Assembly (NCBI GenBank): GCA_035632635.1
Contig: DASQGL010000028.1
Location: 5,578-69,577 of the forward strand
Direction of reading: 5' to 3'
Length of the DNA stretch: 64,000 nucleotides
DNA from: Candidatus Limnocylindrales bacterium
GTDB lineage: Bacteria; Chloroflexota; Dormibacteria; CF-121
Positions 55,634-64,000 of the stretch are shown here, piece by piece. Position numbers and translations under genes: made by a program. Positions within the stretch are counted from its first letter, which is position 1. The number at the start of each line of letters is the position of its first letter. The notes under the pieces are model-generated. The model did no database searches and was not told the DNA's origin. It saw only the letters and a list, made by a program, of their open reading frames with translations.

Positions 55634-56396
55634 GGTCACGAGCAAGCCGCTGGAAGACGTCATCGACGAGGCCCGCCGGATCGGTGAGGCTGCGGAGGCG
55701 GCCGGGCTCCAGCTGAAGCTGGTTGGCGGGGCCGCGGTTCGCCTGCATTCGGCGACCACCGAGCGTCCGCCGCTGCGCCGGCGTTACGGCGACCTGGATT
55801 TCGTGGCCTCGTCCAAGCAGCGTGGCCAGGTCCAGAAGCTGTTCGAATCGCTCGGTTACCAGGGGGACCTTCGGTTCAATACGCTGAACGGGCACCAGCG
55901 GCTGCTCTATCTCGACCCCGAAAACGGCCGGCAGGTCGACATCTTCATCGACGTGATGCGCATGTGCCACACGATCGACCTGCGATCGCGGCTCAACCAT
56001 GCCGGTCCGACCCTGACGCCAGCCGACCTGCTCCTCAGCAAGATGCAGATCTACGAGATCAACAAGAAGGACGTCGTCGACATCACGGCGCTCTTCCTCG
56101 ACCACGACATCGGGGAGGACGACAACGACCGGATCAACGCGACCTATCTCGCCGGGCTGGCAGCCGGGGAGTGGGGACTCTACCGGACGCTGCAGCTCAA
56201 CGCCGAGCGGCTGCGGGCCGCGGTCGACGACCTGGCCGTCGCGCGCGAGATCGTGCTGGAGCGGCTCGAGCGGCTTCGTGAGCGCATCGAGGACCAGCCG
56301 AAATCCCTGAAGTGGAAAGTTCGGGCCCGGGTGGGTGACCGGGTCAGCTGGTACGAACTCCCTGAGGAGGTCCGGCAGCCGTACCAGGCTGAGTAA
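55619..56396 (+). CDS. Hypothetical protein, possible nucleotidyltransferase-fold protein
   Basis: The GTG start overlaps the MttB-family gene by 15 nt. LVGGAAVRLHS...YGDLDFV resembles a minimal nucleotidyltransferase G-S/D-x-D core; the assignment is weak. Confidence 0.35.
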
Positions 56397-56423
56397 TCTC
56401 GAGGCCAGGCTGCCCGTCTCAGG

Positions 56424-58562
56424 TCAGGCTGCGCGAGCGCGCTTCTCGGCATACATCTCGCGGTCGGCGGCCGCGAGCAGCTCCTCCGCCGTGGCCCCAT
56501 CGCTCGGGTGCGCCGCGGTCCCGATCGAAACGGAGATGGGGTCTGCGCCCTCGACCGCGGTCAGGAGGGTACCGCTGATCCGCCGCGCGAGCGAGACGGC
56601 GCCGACGCGATCGACCGACGGCATCAGGATCAGGAATTCGTCGCCGCCCCAGCGGCAGACGATGTCGTCCTCTCGAAGGTTGGCGCGCAGGACATCGGCG
56701 ACGCGACGCAGGACGGCGTCTCCGCTGCGATGCCCGGCGGCGTCATTGACGCGCTTCAGCCCGTCGACGTCGAGCATGAGCACGCTGAACGCCTCCGCCG
56801 AGCTCGCCAGCCGTTCGCGCAGCTTGTCCTCGAAAGCGCGCCGGTTCCTGAGCCCGGTCAGGGAATCGGTCATGGCGCTGACCGCCAGGCTTTCGAGCAG
56901 GCGGGCATTCGCGATCGAAACCGCCGCCTGGTTGGCGAGGATCGTCAGCAGCCGGAGGTGATCGCTGCTGTATTGATGCAGCCCGATCTTCACCGTGACG
57001 AAGACGCCCACCAGCTTGTCGTGGAACGTGACAGGCACGGCCAGCATGGACTCGTCGCTGTCGCCCGTCCCCGGGACGTGCATCGCCTTGGGATGCCGCT
57101 CGGTGTCGCCGATCATGACGCCGTGCCGGGTCTCGGCCACCCACCCCGTGATCCCTTCACCCAGGCGCAGGGCCAGGCTCTCGGCAGTCACGCTCGCGTA
57201 CTCCTCCCGTTGCGTGTCGCTGAAATAGGCAGGCCGCAGCGTCACGCCGTCGTCCTGCAGGAGATAGATGCGGCACTGGTCGTAGGGAAGCAGGGTCACG
57301 ATCGTCTCTCCGATGGACTGGCAGACCTCGTGGACACCTGTGATGCTGGCCAGGCGGGCCCCGAGCTGTTCGATCGCGTCCAGGTGCCTCGTCCAGGCCT
57401 GGGCCGGCTCCGGGCGGTCGGCATGGCGGGCGACGTCGTCGGTGCCTTCGATCACGACCTCGCCACTCTCGATCACGGCGAGGAGCGCGCGCACGACCTC
57501 GGGATCGAACTGCCGGCCGGCCTGCGCGCGCAGCTCCTCCAGCCGTTGCCGCTGGGGGAGCGCGGGGCGGTAGGGGCGATCGCTCGACATCGCCTGCAAG
57601 GCGTCGCAGGCATGGATGATGCGGGCTTCGATCGGGATGTCCTTCCCTGCCAGCCGATCCGGATATCCCTCGCCATCCCAGCGCTCGTGCTCGGCGCGGA
57701 CGATCGGCCGGATCGGCGCCAGGAACGGGACCGAGGCGAGGATGCGCTCCCCGATGACCGGATGCTCGCGCATGATCGCCATCTCTTCGGGATCGAGCGG
57801 CCCCGGCTTGTTCAGGATGTAGCCCGGAATGCCGATCTTCCCGATGTCGTGCAGCAGGGCCGCGTATTCGAGGAAGCGCAGCCGATCGTCGGCAAGGCCG
57901 ACCCGCCGCCCCACGGCGCGGGCCAGCGCGGTCGTCTCGCGAGAGTGCGCCTCGGTGTGACGGTCCTTTGCATCCAGGGCCGCCGCCAGGGCCTCGATCG
58001 TCGCGAGGTACGTCTTCTCCAGCTCGCTGCGACGTTCCTCGGCGACGCGGTTCTCATCGGTGAGCATGCGGCGTACCCGGGAAGGCAGGTATGCGCCGAT
58101 CGCCATGCAGGCTACGAGCATGAGCAGCGACCGAGCGTAGAAGGCATCCCACTGGAAGACGAGCGGGACCGCCGCGCCGATCGCACCAAGCGCGGCGATG
58201 GCGGCAGTCGTCCGCCACCCCGCCAGGGAGGCGCAGAAGACCACGAGCACGAGGAAGAGGGAGGTGAGGTGAGACCGCACACCGCCGGTGAACAGGACGC
58301 TCACGGTCAGCATGCCCGTGCCGGCAACGATGACAGCCAGGAAGCGCTCCGGGGGGAATCGCTCCCAGGGCAGGAACCAGCAGAGGAAGCCTCCCAGGAA
58401 CGCCAGGCCAGCGATCACCCACTCGCCCAGGTAGTTGACCTGCAGTCCCGGCCCGAGGTAGTTGCTCGCCTGGGCCACGGCCGTCAGACCCCAGAACGCG
58501 ACGGCCGCGGTCCGGACAGCCGTCCGGTGCAGCTTGAGCGGTAGCTCGGGATGCGCGGCCAT
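56424..58562 (-). CDS. Membrane-anchored multidomain c-di-GMP signalling protein (TM region, HD-GYP phosphodiesterase domain, GAF domain, GGDEF diguanylate cyclase domain); start is one of several in-frame ATGs at 58562-58625
   Basis: HDIGKIGIP...RWDGEGYPDRLAG (HD-GYP), a GAF-like middle region, and the GGDEF motif RWGGDEFLIL. Confidence 0.7.
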   Translation of the reverse strand: MAAHPELPLKLHRTAVRTAAVAFWGLTAVAQASNYLGPGLQVNYLGEWVIAGLAFLGGFLCWFLPWERFPPERFLAVIVAGTGMLTVSVLFTGGVRSHLTSLFLVLVVFCASLAGWRTTAAIAALGAIGAAVPLVFQWDAFYARSLLMLVACMAIGAYLPSRVRRMLTDENRVAEERRSELEKTYLATIEALAAALDAKDRHTEAHSRETTALARAVGRRVGLADDRLRFLEYAALLHDIGKIGIPGYILNKPGPLDPEEMAIMREHPVIGERILASVPFLAPIRPIVRAEHERWDGEGYPDRLAGKDIPIEARIIHACDALQAMSSDRPYRPALPQRQRLEELRAQAGRQFDPEVVRALLAVIESGEVVIEGTDDVARHADRPEPAQAWTRHLDAIEQLGARLASITGVHEVCQSIGETIVTLLPYDQCRIYLLQDDGVTLRPAYFSDTQREEYASVTAESLALRLGEGITGWVAETRHGVMIGDTERHPKAMHVPGTGDSDESMLAVPVTFHDKLVGVFVTVKIGLHQYSSDHLRLLTILANQAAVSIANARLLESLAVSAMTDSLTGLRNRRAFEDKLRERLASSAEAFSVLMLDVDGLKRVNDAAGHRSGDAVLRRVADVLRANLREDDIVCRWGGDEFLILMPSVDRVGAVSLARRISGTLLTAVEGADPISVSIGTAAHPSDGATAEELLAAADREMYAEKRARAA

Positions 58563-58634
58563 GACGCTGCGTACAACGAGGTCCCCGCGACCTTCCATCG
58601 CCGGAGGGCGCAGGCCTGCCATCATGGCAAGGCG

Positions 58635-59321
58635 GTGATACGCGTATTCGTCACGAATACGGAGCTCAAGAGCGGGCAGCTCCGGCTGGACGGCGCCCGC
58701 GGCCGTCACCTGGCGCGCGTCCTCCGAGCTCATCCCGGCGAGCACGGGGTGGCGGTCGCCGACGGTCTCGAGTACCGGTTCACGATCGCGGCGATCGACG
58801 GCGACCTGGTCAGGGCGACGGTGGACGGCGTCGCCCCGGCGCAGGGAGAGCCTGGCCACCCGGTCATCCTCCTTCAGGCCCTTCTCCCGCATGGCGACTT
58901 CGACAGCGTGCTGGAAGCAGGCACCCAGGTCGGCATCACGCGTTTCATTCCCGTCACCGCGTCGCGGTCCGTCGGGCGCGCCGGGGCGGACCGCGCTGGT
59001 CGCTGGCACGCGATCGTCGAGGCGGCCGCCGCCCAGAGTCAGCGGGGCGCGATCCCGGTCGTCGATCCGCCGCGCTCACTCGCCGACGCGCTCGGCTCGA
59101 TCCGGGGGACGCGGCTCTTCGCCCTCGACCCGGACGCGGGGGCGACGCTGCCGAAGACCGGCCTCCGGGAGGCGGTGGCGATCGCGGTCGGCCCGGAAGG
59201 CGGGTGGACGGCGGAAGAGCTGGAGGCGATGGTCGCGGCCGGCGCCACCCGCGTCGGACTCGGCCCGCGCATCCTGCGCGCGCGGCTGGCCGGCGTGATT
59301 GCCGCTGCTATCCTCCTGTAG
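58635..59321 (+). CDS. rsmE: 16S rRNA (uracil1498-N3)-methyltransferase RsmE
   Basis: The N-terminal PUA-like region (VIRVFVTNTELKSGQLRLDGARGRHLARVLR) and the C-terminal SPOUT region (IAVGPEGGWTAEELEAM) both match RsmE. GTG start. Confidence 0.7.
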   Translation: MIRVFVTNTELKSGQLRLDGARGRHLARVLRAHPGEHGVAVADGLEYRFTIAAIDGDLVRATVDGVAPAQGEPGHPVILLQALLPHGDFDSVLEAGTQVGITRFIPVTASRSVGRAGADRAGRWHAIVEAAAAQSQRGAIPVVDPPRSLADALGSIRGTRLFALDPDAGATLPKTGLREAVAIAVGPEGGWTAEELEAMVAAGATRVGLGPRILRARLAGVIAAAILL

Positions 59322-60568
59322 TGCGCGTCAGCATTCAGACGCTCGGCTGCAAGGTCAACTTCGCCGAGATGCAGGACCTCGCCGACCGTCTGGGGCGTGC
59401 GGGCGTCGACGTACGGGAGGATCATCCTGATCCCGACGTCTGCGTCATCAACTCCTGCACCGTCACCGCCCAGGCCGACCGGAAGGTGCGCACCCTCGTG
59501 CACGGGATTCGCCGGCGGCATCCGCAGGCGCACGTCGTGTTGACAGGCTGTCACGTCGACAATCCGCATCCGCGCGCGTCCGCCCGTGACGCCGCCGACA
59601 TCGTCTTTCCCAACCAGCGCAAGCGTGAGATCTTCGAGTACCTGATGGCGTCGACCTCGCCGGTCAGCGGGTCGCTGCCACCCGACTCATCGGGCGCTCG
59701 GGCGTTTGGGCGGTCCCGCTATTTCTTGAAGGTGCAGGACGGTTGTAACCACCGCTGCACCTACTGCATCGTGTGGCGGACCCGGGGCAGTTCGATCAGC
59801 GAAGCCGAGTCGGATTTGCTCGAGCGCGCGCAGGCGGCGGTTCAGGCCGGCTATGGCGAGATCGTGCTGACCGGCGTCGATCTTGGCTCCTATGGCCGCG
59901 AGCGGCAATCCTCACTGGCGGACTTCCTGACGCGCCTGCTGAACACGGTGGCCCCCGCGCGGCTGCGCCTCAGCTCGATCAACGCGAACGACATCGGCCC
60001 GGCGCTCATCGACCTGCTCGGAGCGCCCGGCATCTGCCGTCACCTTCACATCCCGCTGCAGTCGGGATCCGATCGTGTGCTCAAGCGCATGGGACGGCTC
60101 TACCGCAGCGGGGATTACCTGCGGCTTGTCGGCGCCCTGCGCGCACGCATCCCGGACCTCGCCCTGACGACCGATGTGATCGTCGGCTTCCCCGGCGAGA
60201 CCGCCGACGATTTCGCGCAGACGCAGACCCTCGCCCGAGAAGCCGGATTCAGCGGGATGCACGTTTTCCGATACTCACCCCGTGCGGGCACGGCCGCGCC
60301 CCGCCTGGGTAGGCCGGCGGACGACCCGGTGGCCCGAGCGCGCAGCTCCGCGCTCCAGGCGCAAGCCGAGGCGCAGCGACGGATGTACGAGGCGCGCTTC
60401 ATCGACCGAGACCTCGACGTCGTCTGGGATCGCTCCTTCGACCATCGCATGCGCGGGTTGAGTGACACCTACATCACCGTGTTCGCGCCCCGCCGGGGTC
60501 AGATGCTCGGCGCGCTCGAGACCGTCCACGCGCTCGCCGCCTCCGACTCCGGGTTGCTCGTCGGCTGA
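59321..60568 (+). CDS. mtaB: Radical-SAM methylthiotransferase of the MiaB/RimO/MtaB family (MtaB-like)
   Basis: N-terminal MTTase domain Cys (TLGCKVN...INSCTV), radical-SAM CNHRCTYC motif and a TRAM-like C-terminus. The GTG start overlaps the rsmE stop. Confidence 0.75.
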   Translation: MRVSIQTLGCKVNFAEMQDLADRLGRAGVDVREDHPDPDVCVINSCTVTAQADRKVRTLVHGIRRRHPQAHVVLTGCHVDNPHPRASARDAADIVFPNQRKREIFEYLMASTSPVSGSLPPDSSGARAFGRSRYFLKVQDGCNHRCTYCIVWRTRGSSISEAESDLLERAQAAVQAGYGEIVLTGVDLGSYGRERQSSLADFLTRLLNTVAPARLRLSSINANDIGPALIDLLGAPGICRHLHIPLQSGSDRVLKRMGRLYRSGDYLRLVGALRARIPDLALTTDVIVGFPGETADDFAQTQTLAREAGFSGMHVFRYSPRAGTAAPRLGRPADDPVARARSSALQAQAEAQRRMYEARFIDRDLDVVWDRSFDHRMRGLSDTYITVFAPRRGQMLGALETVHALAASDSGLLVG

Positions 60569-60570
60569 CC

Positions 60571-60918
60571 ATGGCGGAGGAGTGCCTCTTCTGCAAGGTC
60601 TACGCGGGCGAGCTACCCTCCAAGGAGGTCCTCCGGGATGGCGACGTGTACGCGTTCGAAGACATCCGGCCGGTCGCCCCGGTCCACGTCCTGATCATCC
60701 CGAAACAGCACATCCCCTCCGTCCATGAGCTGCGGCCCGAGCACGGCCCGATCTGGCTGCACATGGTCCAGGTCGCAAACCGGGTCGCCGATCAGCGGGA
60801 CATCGCCGCAGATGGCTACCGGCTGGTGGTCAACTGCGGGCCGCAGGCGGGCCAGAGCGTGTATCACGTGCATCTGCACCTGCTCGGGGGCCGCTCGATG
60901 AACTGGCCGCCAGGCTAG
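60571..60918 (+). CDS. HIT-family (histidine triad) protein
   Basis: CLFC...HVHLHLLGG histidine-triad motif. Confidence 0.8.
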   Translation: MAEECLFCKVYAGELPSKEVLRDGDVYAFEDIRPVAPVHVLIIPKQHIPSVHELRPEHGPIWLHMVQVANRVADQRDIAADGYRLVVNCGPQAGQSVYHVHLHLLGGRSMNWPPG

Positions 60919-61030
60919 CTGACGCTCCCCACGAATTGGCACGGCTGTCACAGCATCGCAACAGCTTGTCGCAGGTTCACGCACGGTAGCAAGAAGGGCC
61001 GTAATCGCCGCGCGATAGCCTTCCCCCCAG

Positions 61031-61933
61031 ATGCGCTGGCCCTGGATCGCGCGGACACCAGAGAAACCTGACGAGCGGCGCCGGAGGCGCCGGGTCGGGC
61101 TGTGGCTGCTCTTCTTGGGGCTGATCGTCAGCTTCTTCATCGTGCGGGCCATCCCACCTGACTGGCAGATCGGACCCTTCCGGATCGATGAGGGAGCGAA
61201 CGCGCTCGACCCCACGGCCAGCCTGTACTTCGCGGACGATCCGCGGGCCCCCTTCTGGCTGCTGGTCCCGACGTTCAATCTTCCACCCAGGTTCTTCGCG
61301 GCACGCCCGAACCCGTCCGGCCGCCCGGTGGCCATCGCCCCGACGCGCCCGTCGTCCGGACCTTCGTCCTCGGGCAGCCCGTCGAGCTCGCCCAGCGGTT
61401 CCCCGTCGCCATCGCCGTCCTCGGGTCCATCCTCTTCCCCGTCGTCCTCCCCGAGCTCGAGCCCCTCGGCAACGCCGTCACCCTCGGGTAGCCCCACCCC
61501 GACCCCGACGCCCACCACCAGCGCCACGCCGACGCCGACCCCAACACCCACGCCCACGCCGACCCCGACGCCCACCCCGACGCCCACGCCCACCCCGAGC
61601 TTCGCGATCGTCGCCGACTCTGAGACGGTGGTCTGGAAGAAGCAGAACGACGGCCAGGGTTGCGGTGGGGTCACCACGGCCACCGGGACGTTCGCGACCA
61701 ACGGCGTCGGCGGCACCGTTCGCTACGACTGGGTCCGCAAGGACGGGAATACCGTGCGCGTGATCGCCGAGCCGCCGATCGTCGTCGCCGCCGGCGATCG
61801 CAGTGTGCACAACGTGGTCAGCGATGTCTGGGTACCGAATTCCAGCGGGAGCGAGACCCTGGTCTTCCAGTCGCCGGCCGCTCAGGCTCCCGCGACCCAG
61901 GCGATCACGAAGAGCTACGCCTGCGCCGGCTGA
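61031..61933 (+). CDS. Hypothetical membrane-anchored protein with a long Ser/Pro then (Thr-Pro)n linker and a C-terminal globular domain of about 110 aa
   Basis: N-terminal TM helix, about 90 aa of SPS/PTPT low-complexity encoded by 6-nt tandem repeats (61480-61600), and a C-terminal Cys-containing domain. Confidence 0.5.
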   Translation: MRWPWIARTPEKPDERRRRRRVGLWLLFLGLIVSFFIVRAIPPDWQIGPFRIDEGANALDPTASLYFADDPRAPFWLLVPTFNLPPRFFAARPNPSGRPVAIAPTRPSSGPSSSGSPSSSPSGSPSPSPSSGPSSSPSSSPSSSPSATPSPSGSPTPTPTPTTSATPTPTPTPTPTPTPTPTPTPTPTPSFAIVADSETVVWKKQNDGQGCGGVTTATGTFATNGVGGTVRYDWVRKDGNTVRVIAEPPIVVAAGDRSVHNVVSDVWVPNSSGSETLVFQSPAAQAPATQAITKSYACAG

Positions 61934-61946
61934 CCCCGGCCGCGAC

Positions 61947-62792
61947 TCAGGCGGCGGTTTCGGTCGCCCGGAACTCGACGATCGCCCCGTGCCCGCTCCG
62001 CTTCGCCTGATAGAGGGCGACGTCGGCGTGCGCGAGCAGGCTGTCGGGGGTCGCCCCGTCCTTCGGGAAGGTGGCCATCCCGATGCTGAAGGAGACGGAA
62101 TAGCCGCTGGCGGGCTCCACCTGCCGCATCGCATGGTAGGTGTCCTGGATGCGTTGGGCCACGACCCGGGCCCCGGCCCCGTCGGTATCCGACAGGAGCA
62201 CGACGAACTCGTCGCCGCCAAACCGGAAGACCGCGTCGCCGACTCGGACCGCTCCGCGCAGCACGCCGGCCACCTCCCGAAGCAGCTCGTTGCCGGCGCT
62301 GTGGCCAAGGTGGTCGTTCACGGCTTTGAAGCCGTCGATGTCGAGCATCAGGAGCGTCATCGCCCGGCCGGTGCGGGCCGCCGGGCCGAGCCAGGCCGGC
62401 AGTTGCTCGCGCAACGCCCGCGGATTGTAGAGTCCGGTCAGGTCGTCGATCCGGCTCATCCGTGAGAGGCGGCGCCGCTCGGCCTCCCAGCGACCGGTGA
62501 GGATCGTGGCGTAGCCGTAGATCAGCGCCCGGGAACAGACATTGATCAACAGCGGCAGGCCCGCGGCTCCGCTGAGTGCGCCGGAGATGACCGCCGCCGC
62601 GACCGCGATCAGCAGGGCGATCGGCAGTGGAAGCAGGACCGCCGCGCTCAAGGCCACCATGAAGTAGACGAGGCTGAGGTCGAGCCCGCCGGCGCCGTAC
62701 TGATCCAGGTATCCGACCGCCGCGATCGCCGCCAGCAGGCCGGTGAGCCACAGGATCCGCCGGTAGCCGAGTCCATGGGCGTCGGCCCTCAT
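61947..62792 (-). CDS. Membrane-anchored GGDEF-domain diguanylate cyclase
   Basis: The internal ATG at 62792 (MRADAHG...) precedes 3-4 TM helices and a GGDEF domain with an RxGGDEF active site (RFGGDEFVVL). The upstream part of the 61947..63200 ORF is a spurious extension. Confidence 0.7.
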   Translation of the reverse strand: MRADAHGLGYRRILWLTGLLAAIAAVGYLDQYGAGGLDLSLVYFMVALSAAVLLPLPIALLIAVAAAVISGALSGAAGLPLLINVCSRALIYGYATILTGRWEAERRRLSRMSRIDDLTGLYNPRALREQLPAWLGPAARTGRAMTLLMLDIDGFKAVNDHLGHSAGNELLREVAGVLRGAVRVGDAVFRFGGDEFVVLLSDTDGAGARVVAQRIQDTYHAMRQVEPASGYSVSFSIGMATFPKDGATPDSLLAHADVALYQAKRSGHGAIVEFRATETAA

Positions 62793-62929
62793 GTCAGGCG
62801 CGGGGACGCTCACGTCGCCTGCCCGAGGAGGCCGGACCGACTGGGAACGGCGAATCGTCTCGAAATCGTCATGAGGACGCCACCGGCATAACGGCGGGCG
62901 CCAGGTTCTTTTGCGAATTCGCGGGCGGG

Positions 62930-63412
62930 TCAGCGGCTGCGAATCCGTCCGGCCGACCCGAGTCCGAAGAGGAGCCAACCGATCAGCAGGGCGCCGCCTC
63001 CCACGGCGAGCGCCGCGCCCGGGATGGCGCAGCCCGCCACCGCCCAGGGCACCGCCAGCGCCAGGCCGCTGAGCGCTTCGCGGATCGGCACTCCGCGGTC
63101 GATCGGTGTATCGCAGGCGGCGCAGCGGCCATGCTGGGTCAGGTAGCTGAGCACGGGTATCAGCTCCCCGGGGCTGAGTCGGTGGCTGCAAACGCGGCAA
63201 TGCGAAGGCGGCCAGAGAATCGATTCGCCCCGCGGAACCCGGTCGGTCACGAGCTCGAAGAAGCTGCCGAGCGCCAGGCCGAGGGGCAGCAAGAAGACCG
63301 CCCCCACCAGGTTGCAGAGCAGCTCAGCCCACACGACACGCTTCAGGCTACCGAAGCCGAGCGAAGCAAGAAGGCCACGAGCCGCCCGGTTGCACTTGCC
63401 ATCAGCTCCCAC
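62930..63412 (-). CDS. Stand-alone prepilin-peptidase N-terminal (DiS-P-DiS zinc-binding) domain protein with no A24 peptidase domain
   Basis: TM helix, then HCRVCSHRLSPGELIPVLSYLTQHGRCAACDTPI (tetra-Cys motif of the PilD N-domain), then a second TM helix and a stop. No peptidase-A24 region follows in any frame. Confidence 0.5.
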   Translation of the reverse strand: MGADGKCNRAARGLLASLGFGSLKRVVWAELLCNLVGAVFLLPLGLALGSFFELVTDRVPRGESILWPPSHCRVCSHRLSPGELIPVLSYLTQHGRCAACDTPIDRGVPIREALSGLALAVPWAVAGCAIPGAALAVGGGALLIGWLLFGLGSAGRIRSR

Positions 63413-63469
63413 AAGTCCGCCCCGGCGCCCTCGACCGGCCCCGGCCTGGCCATCGAAGCCTACCTGCAG

Positions 63470-64000
63470 GTGCTCCTCGAGCAGGGCGCCTCGGACCTCA
63501 TCCTGTCAGCCGGCGCGCCCCCGACCATGCGCAAGGACGGCATCCTCGTCCCGATCGCCCCCCAGGCGCTGCGACCGGACCAGACCGAGCAGCTCACCCA
63601 TGAGCTCCTGAGCCCCGAACGCTGGTCGTTCTTCCTGGAGCATGGCGATCTCGACTTCTCGTTCAACTGGCAGGGGCGGGCGCGATTCCGCATCAACGCC
63701 TTCCGCCAGCGCGGATCGGTGGGCATGGTGATGCGCCTGATCCCCTACCAGGTCCCCAACTTCGACCAGCTCGGCGTTCCCCAGGTGGTCCGCGGCCTGA
63801 CGTCATTGCCGCAGGGCTTGATCCTGGTCACCGGGCCGACCGGCTCCGGCAAGTCCTCCACCCTCGCCGCGATGGTGAACGATATTCTGTCGACCAGTCC
63901 CCGCCACGTGATCACGATCGAGGATCCGATCGAATACGTCTACCGCCATCAGGTGGGAGTCGTCGAGCAGCGCGAGGTTGGGTCGGATGTCGCCTCGTTC
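63470..64000 (+). CDS. pilT: Type IV pilus retraction ATPase PilT (3' end off the window); start uncertain (GTG 63470 or further upstream)
   Basis: ASDLILSAGAPP, FSFNWQGRARFRINAFRQRG, and Walker A LILVTGPTGSGKSSTLAAMV...ITIEDPIEY. Confidence 0.8.
   Translation, partial: MLLEQGASDLILSAGAPPTMRKDGILVPIAPQALRPDQTEQLTHELLSPERWSFFLEHGDLDFSFNWQGRARFRINAFRQRGSVGMVMRLIPYQVPNFDQLGVPQVVRGLTSLPQGLILVTGPTGSGKSSTLAAMVNDILSTSPRHVITIEDPIEYVYRHQVGVVEQREVGSDVASF

Noticed and set aside
53825-55759. 644-aa minus-strand ORF
   Set aside because: Antisense to the Fe-ADH and MttB-family genes.
60613-61716. 367-aa minus-strand ORF full of (GV)n
   Set aside because: Antisense translation of the (Thr-Pro)n/(Ser-Pro)n repeat region of the 61031-61933 gene.
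1-64000. CRISPR arrays, rRNA/tRNA genes, integrases/transposases, toxin-antitoxin pairs
   Set aside because: No direct-repeat/spacer periodicity, no rRNA-like or cloverleaf-like segments identified by eye, and no recombinase, transposase or TA-family signatures in any ORF. The tandem repeats present are coding Ser/Pro/Thr linkers.

Overview
High-GC (~68-70%) bacterial chromosomal window with dense, operon-rich coding on both strands and no CRISPR, rRNA, recognisable tRNA or obvious mobile element. F420-type DUF385 enzymes, an NHEJ LigD polymerase domain and a Firmicute/Chloroflexi-style rpsU-pgpH-ybeY-dgkA block hint at Actinomycetota or Chloroflexota, which I cannot confirm without a search. 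In coordinate order I recognise: mfd (3' end off the window), two DUF385 oxidoreductases around a stand-alone LigD polymerase-domain protein, a copper nitrite reductase with a C-terminal cupredoxin domain, livKHMGF, a GntR + fused AccD-AccA carboxyltransferase + two family-III CoA-transferases + enoyl-CoA hydratase operon, cvpA, yceI, a CHAP-SH3b hydrolase, pth, a K+ channel, an MFS transporter, dgkA-ybeY-pgpH-rpsU, an arsM/arsR/arsC island with three extra SAM methyltransferases, a dimethylglycine-dehydrogenase-like gene with etfBA, rpsD, and a sarcosine-oxidase-like gene. The centrepiece (43.1-55.7 kb) is a corrinoid-dependent methyltransferase island: an MttB-superfamily methyltransferase with no in-frame amber codon, a B12-binding corrinoid protein, a methyl-THF:corrinoid methyltransferase, a RACo-type reductive activator, DUF1638, MetF/MetV, IclR and GntR regulators, an APC permease and a GbsB-like Fe-alcohol dehydrogenase. 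Read with the DMGDH/ETF and MSOX genes 3-15 kb upstream, this looks like a complete glycine betaine (or related quaternary amine) to glycine demethylation pathway feeding the THF C1 pool. The window ends with rsmE, mtaB, a HIT gene, a PT-repeat surface protein, an HD-GYP-GAF-GGDEF signalling protein, a second GGDEF protein, a stand-alone prepilin-peptidase N-domain and the start of pilT. Two adjacent genes (MSOX-like and an MFS transporter) lack a canonical start codon upstream of essential N-terminal elements; each is rescued by removing one C from a CCCC run, which flags either homopolymer errors or non-canonical initiation. The ORF-track coordinates include the stop codon; I trimmed several starts from the longest-ORF value to the biologically sensible start.
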